Origin: a virus
Taxonomy: Duplodnaviria > Caudoviricetes
IMG/VR virus record: IMGVR_UViG_3300025121_000066
Coordinates: 1-54,276 of that record
Length of the DNA stretch: 54,276 bases
Strand: one strand, 5' to 3'
The position numbers and the translations under genes were made by a program. The notes under the pieces were generated by a model that was not told the DNA's origin, ran no database searches, and saw nothing but the letters and a program-made list of their open reading frames with translations. Below are positions 46,401 to 54,276 of this stretch, piece after piece (the first letter of the stretch is position 1; each line of letters opens with the position of its first letter).

Positions 46401-47271
46401 TTAGTTCGGGAAAAACTTCGTTAAATTTTGGAATGTAATTCGCATCATTGTGCGACCAAGTTCTTTTTAATTTTCTGTACATTTTAATTAATTTTTAGTT
46501 TAAATTATTTATTTGAAAAAAAAACATTAGTTCAAAATTATGAACTGATGTATTGTAAAGTATTTAATGTATTATCTTGTCTTTCACATTATTATATATG
46601 GTTCAATTTTTTGAATTGATACTATAAACGAGTTAGCATCAAAGCCTTTAAGACTTCGGTTGAAACTCAATATTCCAGCAATCATAATATTAATAATTGA
46701 TAGTTATTTTATCACCGACTTTCAACTTTGAAAATTTATCAGATGTTACTTTCATTCTATCTTCATAACCATCTTCAAATCTGAAATATATAAAATAACT
46801 TTCTCCAAATATATTTTTGATATGATCTTTATCAATTATTGTCGCTATTTGTCCATCATTATCTTCCCTTGATATTTTATCCATGATACCATTCATTGTG
46901 TACATATCAAAAATACCTTCATTAATATTATCACTAACATCAGATATATTCAAGTTTTCTTTATGTTCGTTGAAACTTTTTATGTATTTTTTATTTTCCA
47001 TCTTCGTAAATTATTTTTATCTATATATTAAAAATAAAACCTAAATATATCTGAGTATCGTTAGTGGCAATTATTTTTTGCTACGTTCTGCACAATATTT
47101 ACAGTTTTGCTTATGACAAATCCCACCTCCTCCAGAAGACCCGTGTGCTCTGTCAAATACTACATACTCACAACCATCTATTACAACAATCTCAAAATCT
47201 GGATCTTCCATAATATAACGTTCTACTTGTTTCTGAGTTTGTAGTTCACAACCGCAAAAAATGACAGCTAT

Positions 47272-47396
47272 TAACAAGACATAAAAGAAATGCCGAGTTC
47301 TTACTAAAATTGATGTTTTGTTTTTCATATTTACTTTTATTTTTAATTGATTATTTGTACTTTTAATTTCGGTACTTCTCTTATGTCCAGCCGTTA
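47272..47396 (+). repeat. attC-like palindrome containing the start of ORF 47071-47328
   Basis: TAACAAGACATAAAAGAAATGCCGA...TCGGTACTTCTCTTATGTCCAGCCGTTA. Confidence 0.7.
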
Positions 47397-47611
47397 TAAA
47401 ACATTATAAACGACCACCCCACTCAAATTTTATTTCATCAACATTGTAGTCAATATTATAATCTCTTTTAAGTATTTCAATTGCTTTAAGTTTTGCTTCA
47501 TCTTCATTTGAAACAATTCCACCTAATCTAATGTTCTTTCCGTTTATGGTCATACTGTGATTAGTTCCTGCAAAACTTCCGTTCCAATAAAATTTGATTT
47601 CCATATAAATA

Positions 47612-48229
47612 TTATTTCTTTATTTCAACATTAACCATATCGGGTAATTCTTTACCATTTCCATATTTCAACAACTCAAAATATTTTTCATCACCTTTAA
47701 TTCCATCAATTGTCCATTCAGTTTTTACTTCATTTTCATAGATGGGTATTGAATATTTTTCGTTGTTTTTTACTTCATCTTTATACATAATTTTATCAAT
47801 TTTAATCTGCAGGTAATCGTGATATTTTTTTGCTCCGTATAAAAAACTTGTCAGGTCTCCGTTCGGTAAAATATTTCCATCTGATAAAAAAAAGTCTATT
47901 CCTTTTTGGTCTCTTAAATCAGGCTCTTGCAAAAGTGTTTTTAGTCCTTGTTCTAGTTCGTCAATTCTTGATTTTAAAGATCGTATAACCTGACACACTG
48001 CATAGTCATTAATCCATTTAGGATCATCAATAAAAGTTAATACTACAGCTTCATTTCGATTTAAGTCATAAAGTAAGCCATCGGTCGGTTGTTTTATAAA
48101 TTCAGATAGCTTAGTTCCTTGTAATCCTTCGGAAGTAGCAATTATCACATTCCCATTTTTATACTCTTCTAAAATTTTGTCTTTTAATTCGCTCATTTTA
48201 CTTTGAATTAAAGCACATACGCCTAACAT
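47612..48229 (-). CDS. hypothetical protein (start probably MSELKDK)
   Basis: longest ORF of the cassette-like array. Confidence 0.6.
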   Translation of the reverse strand: MLGVCALIQSKMSELKDKILEEYKNGNVIIATSEGLQGTKLSEFIKQPTDGLLYDLNRNEAVVLTFIDDPKWINDYAVCQVIRSLKSRIDELEQGLKTLLQEPDLRDQKGIDFFLSDGNILPNGDLTSFLYGAKKYHDYLQIKIDKIMYKDEVKNNEKYSIPIYENEVKTEWTIDGIKGDEKYFELLKYGNGKELPDMVNVEIKK

Positions 48230-50915
48230 ATAAAATATAGGCGGTTCAGTGCAAGTTTATACTTTTCTACTTTCTATTTAGTTTTATATGGATGAATGGT
48301 GCATTTAAGAACTGTATTTATCAACCAAATCTTTTGAAAGTTCTGGCAAATGTTCCTTAATTTCTTCTGCATATTTTAACACAGCTTTTCTACAAGCTTC
48401 TATGTGTTTTGTGTCACTACCACCTGAATCAAGTCACAAAATAAAATATTCTGCCATTGCATCAATTGGTTCACCACTCATTTTACTCACTACATATCTT
48501 TGATGTAGCCCCTTTGGATTTTGTTCTTTCGTTGGAATCATAATAAAAAACACACCATAACCTGTATAAAATCAAGTGGGGTTATAGTGTCTTATTTGAC
48601 CACTTCGGCTGTTTAGTTCAGTTTGTACAAGTCGGAATGTGTATGCCGTTCAATTCCCACCTACTTTTATACTTAACATTAGTAGTAATAAAATTTACTA
48701 CTAATTTACTGTATCGGTTAAGGTCGCCACTAAAGCAACCTATGTAACGTTATGTGCAAGGCTACCATTTTGACAATAATGCCTGACATAGCATAAATGA
48801 CAACAACGACATAAGAAGCATTGCCATACTATTTGTAAATGATTTGTAATCTATGCTTTTATTCTTGTATAAGCGATATTCATTCAATCCCATTACAATA
48901 AATACTAAAACAAAAGGTATTGGGTAAGTAATTAAAAATTGTGTTATTGTCATTTTCGTTTTCAAATTAAATTTAGTGCTGTGATTATTAGTTGTGTGGC
49001 TGGCACAGCACATACCAGCCGGAACATTATGTACCACTAAACACCCCACCAAATTGAAAATACCCACATGGTATTAGTCTTATTACAACTTACGTGGTAT
49101 CTGTGTCCACAACTTTCTATCTTAGTTCCAGTTCCTTTTTTAGTTTGAATTGGTTCATTATTTTTTCTTTCTTGGTTTATATAATCTTTCACTATTTGTA
49201 ATTGATTTGGAAGACTAATACCATCAACTGCTTCGATTTTTATTTTCATAATAATTTGTTTCTAAATTATGGCTACTAACACCAAACAAACATTCTACAT
49301 CAGTGTTGGTAACGTTTTATACATACAGCCGTTATCGGCAATTAAGACCGTGCTATCGAATCAAGTTCGTTTTTTAAACTATCAATAGCATCATCTAATT
49401 TCACCCATGTTTTAGATGTTAATTTAAAATATTTTTGTAATAAATCAAATTGTTCATCTTCTTTTGCAATTTCTATTTTTTTATCAATTCCTTCGACTAA
49501 ATCGTGAAATCTGTTAATTTGTTTTAAGTGTTCCTTTCTTGGTATCATTTTAATTATAATTTTTATTGCTTATAATCCGTTATAGGTAATTTGCTGTTAT
49601 CTGATTTAACTTTTTCTGTATTCATATTATGTAAATATTTTTTTGATAATTCAATTTCTTTTTTGTTCTTTTTCTTCTTTTTCTACTTTAATTGACATTT
49701 ATGTGTAAAATACTACATAAAAAGTCTACCACAAATTAAATTAACTTTCATATTCTTTTATTAATTTGTTGATTTTCTTCATATCACTTTTAGTTAAAAG
49801 AATTTCAAATCTAGTTGGTATTTTTGATATATTTTCAAATCCAACTAATTCGAATAATGATTCGACTTGCTTATTACTCATACCAACAGTAATCGCTAAC
49901 CCTACTGTGTTTTTTCCATCTTCGTAAACTATATCTGAAATATCAGCTTCTAAGATGTTTTCATCTTTTAATAAAAATTTTAATTTATTTTCCATTTTTT
50001 AAAGTTTTATGTTTTTAAGTTAGGCAACATTTAAAGAAGCCCATTTCTTTTCTGAAAGTTCTCTATACCTTTTATCGTCTTTTTCTTCATCATCACTATA
50101 TCGCCAAGTAAGCACATATTCTAAAGCAACTAATTCTTTCCATTCCTTGTCGGTTAAACAACCTTGTGGATAATCAAAATATTGCCTAACAATATGTATA
50201 TGCAAAAAGCGTTTTACTACTAATTTTAATTTTTTGGCTTGTCTTTTTAATTTTTTCATTATTCAAATAATAGAAACAATATTGATATTTTTCTTTTTTT
50301 AATCAAATTAAAATATAAGCATAATACATATCCAAGAATATTTAATATAAATTGCTGCCATTAAGTATTCTGTTTTTTAAATGTCGTTCAGCAATTCTAT
50401 ATATTTCATCAAGTGTTAAATCAGGTAGTAACGATTTTCTAACATGAAGTATATTCAATTTTTCTCTATTATTTTTATATTTATCAATATTTTTTGCTTC
50501 ATTCATAGTTTCAATTTGATGTCTATTTATAATTCATTATATTGTATTCCAGCCTTAAACAATCGAAACATATCTTCAACACTCACGTGCCATTTATTAT
50601 CTCCGTAAATGTTATTTATTATTTCATTTGTAATCATCTTTCGTTGTCTATAATATGCACTTCCTTCCTCTCCGTTTCGAGTTCCTTTGCCAAGTAAAGT
50701 ATCAGCTATTATATTAGCTACTTCAATAGTACGGTAACTAACATCAATTAAAACTTCGTTGTTTTTTTTCGTTTGAAACTTTTTCTGTGTTCATAATTTT
50801 CAATTTTTAATTAAATTTATCCATTATATTTAAATAGGCAACAATCGTTTAGCCAAAATTTAATTCTTCTAGTTAATATTTGTGTTAAAAAACAAAAAGA
50901 ATTTTCTGATACGTA

Positions 50916-51542
50916 TTAATAAAATTTTTTTTCTTCACCATATAATTCCTTATCGTTCATTTTCACTAAATTTATAAATTCATCTCTAAATCTTGTACCA
51001 ATTAATAATCCAACTTCTTTTAGTGGTGCTGCTTTATCTTTCATTTTTTTATTAAAAGAATCGTATAATAATATATCTTTTTCATAATTTCCTGTTAATT
51101 CTGGTAATTCATTTAAAAAATCCATTAAATTATTAAAATATGGTATTCGGGTTTTAATTTCATCTATACCCAATATAGAAATTATTCCAAATACACCAAA
51201 AAAATAATATTTATAATAACCATAAAAACAAGTTGAAAAGTCTTTAAAAAAATCACCTATTGGAACATTCCTAAGATATCCTTTTTTACCATATTTAGAT
51301 AATAACATTTTTTCAAAATCTGCATATTGTACTGTTTTTGCTAATAATATATATGGTATATCATTGTGATTAATTAAAGATTTAATATTTTTGCCCAATT
51401 TATGTGCATATAAATAATTAGTAATACCCTTTAATAGATATCTTTTCATAGTATCGACTGATATATTATTTACACTTTCATTTAAAAATTGTTTCCACTT
51501 TAGAACTTTATTAATTTCTTTTGACATAATATTTTTATTCAT
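50916..51542 (-). CDS. hypothetical protein
   Basis: MSKEINKVLKWKQFLNE near N-terminus. Confidence 0.6.
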   Translation of the reverse strand: MNKNIMSKEINKVLKWKQFLNESVNNISVDTMKRYLLKGITNYLYAHKLGKNIKSLINHNDIPYILLAKTVQYADFEKMLLSKYGKKGYLRNVPIGDFFKDFSTCFYGYYKYYFFGVFGIISILGIDEIKTRIPYFNNLMDFLNELPELTGNYEKDILLYDSFNKKMKDKAAPLKEVGLLIGTRFRDEFINLVKMNDKELYGEEKKFY

Positions 51543-51942
51543 CTACATTTTCTATTTTTTTATTATAAACTTTACATGGAGATTAAATCCCTAAATGTTC
51601 ATTATCTTTTAAAATTTTTATAAAAGAACGTGTTGGTCTTTTAAAAAATTTAAAAATAAACTTATTTACAACATCTTTTATGGAATTATTTCTATGTTGA
51701 ATTTCAACCATAATTATTCCTAAATCTTCTTTTTTCATATCCTTTTATTTTTTTTCTCTTAAAACTTTACAATTAAATATTTCACCCAACTGTTCAATTT
51801 TTTGTTCCATTATATTTTTATTCATCCGTATTATCTATTTTTCTATCAATTTCATCAATCATTTTAATAAATAAATAATCTAATAATTTATATATTAAAA
51901 TTAAAATAATTATAAATGTTAAAATTTTCATTTTTATGTATT

Positions 51943-52230
51943 TTAATCATCCCATTTAATAACATTTCCAGGAATGTGAAGATAATCTTCTAGGTAAGTA
52001 TGCATATCAAAATTATCCATATTTGTATATCCTTTGATATAGTAATCATCTTGTTCTATATTCCATTGATTATATTCATCACAAGCATCAAATTCATAAT
52101 ATGAACAATGTATATTTGATTCTTGTAAGTGATTCCAAATAGCTGAAATTTGTATTTCAGTTAACATATCTAACGGAATTACAAATGAACTACTAGAACT
52201 ATTACTCACAAAACCGTTTCTTATTTTCAT
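51943..52230 (-). CDS. conserved phage protein of the MKIRxGFVSNSSSSSF family
   Basis: N-terminal MKIRNGFVSNSSSSSFVI. Confidence 0.75.
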   Translation of the reverse strand: MKIRNGFVSNSSSSSFVIPLDMLTEIQISAIWNHLQESNIHCSYYEFDACDEYNQWNIEQDDYYIKGYTNMDNFDMHTYLEDYLHIPGNVIKWDD

Positions 52231-52281
52231 TATTTAAGGTATTACTTTTATATTATATTTATCTAAGATAATATAAAATGT

Positions 52282-52821
52282 TTATGTTTTAATATTTAAT
52301 TTATTAAATATTTCTTCTTTTTTTGTTAATTTTTTATCTGTTTTTAATTTATCTCTAATTTGTTTTTTTCTAATAATAAGTTGTTTATCAGTCAATTCAC
52401 CATTTCTTTGTTTTTCACGATAGCTTGATGGTATATAATTATTTGTTGTTGGTTTATTATCAGTATTATATATGTCATAATAAGAATTTGTTTTGATTTC
52501 ATTCCAAGTTAATAAAAATATTGCCAAACATAATAAAGAAAACAAACAAAAGATAACATATATTTCAGGAAGTGCTTCATTAATATTAGTAAAATAAATT
52601 GGTATACCTATTAATATTCCTATCCACAATGCCACTAAAAACCATTTTAATAATTTTTTCCCTACTATTTTAAGTACGTTTTTTATATCATCACGAGTAA
52701 CATTAGGAAGAAAACTATTAATTGCAAAAGTTATTATCAAACTTATAATTACAAAAAATATAATTAGTTTATCCATAAAATCTAATTTATTGTTGAAATC
52801 TTTTTTATCAAAATCTATCAT
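52282..52821 (-). CDS. membrane protein (3 hydrophobic helices)
   Basis: three long hydrophobic segments; promoter TTTG-20nt-TATATTTG at 52839-52870. Confidence 0.65.
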   Translation of the reverse strand: MIDFDKKDFNNKLDFMDKLIIFFVIISLIITFAINSFLPNVTRDDIKNVLKIVGKKLLKWFLVALWIGILIGIPIYFTNINEALPEIYVIFCLFSLLCLAIFLLTWNEIKTNSYYDIYNTDNKPTTNNYIPSSYREKQRNGELTDKQLIIRKKQIRDKLKTDKKLTKKEEIFNKLNIKT

Positions 52822-52891
52822 TTCTTATATTTAATAGACAAATATAGTAAAAATTAATTAATTAAACAAAATATATGATATATTATTTATA

Positions 52892-53608
52892 TTAAATTTT
52901 AGATAAAACAATATCAAAATAATAATTAAATTTCTTATTAGTTGATAATTGTGTTTGTTTATAATTAACACTAACAGTAGTATCAAAAATGATAGTATTT
53001 ATATTTTTTATTAAGTTAGCATTATTTTTCACATTAACAGTAAATAATGGATTAAATATTAAATTAGGTTTTTTATTTGGATCTATATTTTCTAAATCAT
53101 AATATTTTACATACATATCTAATCTTTTAAATTCATATCTATTTAACAAATTATTAGTTATATATTCTCTTATAAAATAATTAATATTTTCACTTAAAAC
53201 GTCATTATATCTAATACATTTAAATGTTCTAACTTCTTTTAATTTATAAAATAAATATTCCAATAATATGTTTTTCCAATTAATAACTAAATTCCAATTT
53301 GTATTATTTGTTAAATCTAAATTAGATTGAGGTAATAAAACTATATTGTGATTATTTTTTTTAAGAACGGATAAATCTTTTAAAAATTCTGTTTCTAAAT
53401 CATCAACATCAATATAATATTGATAACCATTATTATTAGTATTGCCACTATCAAATATTTCTGTATATTGAATTTGTGATTCATCTACAATAATTTCGTC
53501 TTCCACATCTATCATTTTAGAACCAAAAAAAGTTTTTGGATCAAATGTAGATAATGTACCTATTACTGGTTCGGTTTTAAATCTTGTTATTATTAAATCA
53601 TTTTTCAT
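52892..53608 (-). CDS. hypothetical protein (possibly virion-associated)
   Basis: 238-aa ORF with TATATA motif upstream. Confidence 0.65.
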   Translation of the reverse strand: MKNDLIITRFKTEPVIGTLSTFDPKTFFGSKMIDVEDEIIVDESQIQYTEIFDSGNTNNNGYQYYIDVDDLETEFLKDLSVLKKNNHNIVLLPQSNLDLTNNTNWNLVINWKNILLEYLFYKLKEVRTFKCIRYNDVLSENINYFIREYITNNLLNRYEFKRLDMYVKYYDLENIDPNKKPNLIFNPLFTVNVKNNANLIKNINTIIFDTTVSVNYKQTQLSTNKKFNYYFDIVLSKI

Positions 53609-53625
53609 TTTATTTATATATTTTA

Positions 53626-54006
53626 TTATGAAGGACCTGAAATAGTACTAGATGTTTTTGATATTGTAGAATCAAGAGCAACATTTGTTAATGTAACTAT
53701 AAAATATAAATTATCTTCTTCTACAAAAGTTATTGATGCACCAGTTGAATCGGTAGTAAATGTATGTTCTGGTATATTATACCAAGATATACCAGGTTCT
53801 TCCCAATTTGACCATCCAGAATTGTCAATAGTAATATTTGAAGTATATGTATTTAATAATATGAAAGTTGGTGTATCTACACGTTTTACGTATAATTTAT
53901 ATTCTACACCCACATAGCCAAATATATGTCCAGTAGTATATCCTAATAATATACAATTACATGTTACGCTATTTGTTGTTACTATGGTAGTTAATTCTGA
54001 TCCCAT
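53626..54006 (-). CDS. Thr/Ser-rich beta-strand hypothetical protein (possibly structural)
   Basis: 126-aa ORF; composition typical of virion beta-sandwich domains. Confidence 0.55.
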   Translation of the reverse strand: MGSELTTIVTTNSVTCNCILLGYTTGHIFGYVGVEYKLYVKRVDTPTFILLNTYTSNITIDNSGWSNWEEPGISWYNIPEHTFTTDSTGASITFVEEDNLYFIVTLTNVALDSTISKTSSTISGPS

Positions 54007-54276
54007 TTTTTTAAAAATATTATTTTTATATTCATGTAACTATTTCACCAATTTCAATAGTTAAATTATTAAAATTCCCATTTGGTATAAGTGTTTGTAT
54101 AACCGTATATATTATTTCTAATGTAGAATCAGTATATACTGTTATAGGTAAATTTTCTATATAATATCTATACGATATAATACATTTTAATTCTTGTTGT
54201 GTAATAATATTATTGCCTAAACCAGTTACTGCTTTTAATTCTACATCATTAAAAGTTAAAGTAGTTGTACCGTTTT

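Larger units (their letters stand above)
40300..50900 (-). mobile_element. array of ~30 small minus-strand ORFs separated by attC-like imperfect inverted repeats (cassette-like region)
   Basis: plus-strand TAACA...CGTTA-bounded IRs at 40852-40899, ~41635-41759, ~41977-42100, 46935-47064, 47272-47396, ~48558-48681; several ORF stops fall in CGTTA. Confidence 0.6.

Overview
Very AT-rich, gene-dense segment of a large (jumbo-type) tailed-phage genome. Ten promoter-like TAnnTTTG boxes, most with a TTTG 19-20 nt upstream, a Bacteroidota-like GluRS and an apparent scarcity of Shine-Dalgarno sites point to a Bacteroidota host. Recognisable genes: NAD/ADP-ribose enzymes (Nudix, PARG-type macrodomain, SLOG, NadE), a glutamyl-tRNA synthetase with a ValRS-like C-terminal arm, a family-B DNA polymerase fractured by a split intein with an endonuclease between the halves, NusG, a radical SAM enzyme, a pyruvoyl arginine decarboxylase, a MazG-like protein and six free-standing endonucleases. 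A minus-strand RNA region (28.8-35.2 kb) holds a minimal ~219-nt RNase P RNA, 14 tRNAs (three with anomalous long variable arms), one rearranged tRNA-like RNA and several unexplained structured spacers. The top candidate for a new system is a 33-codon leader ORF (35270-35371, below the ORF-track cutoff) heading the tRNA array. Its codons 6-23 use only the nine amino acids served by the downstream tRNAs, match 10 of their 13 anticodons exactly, and run into mutually exclusive antiterminator/terminator helices. This looks like a ribosome-stalling attenuator that would switch on the phage tRNA array when those tRNA pools are depleted. Also present: two perfect parS palindromes and a ~10 kb array of small ORFs punctuated by attC-like inverted repeats. 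All calls come from reading the sequence by eye; no searches or folding programs were run.
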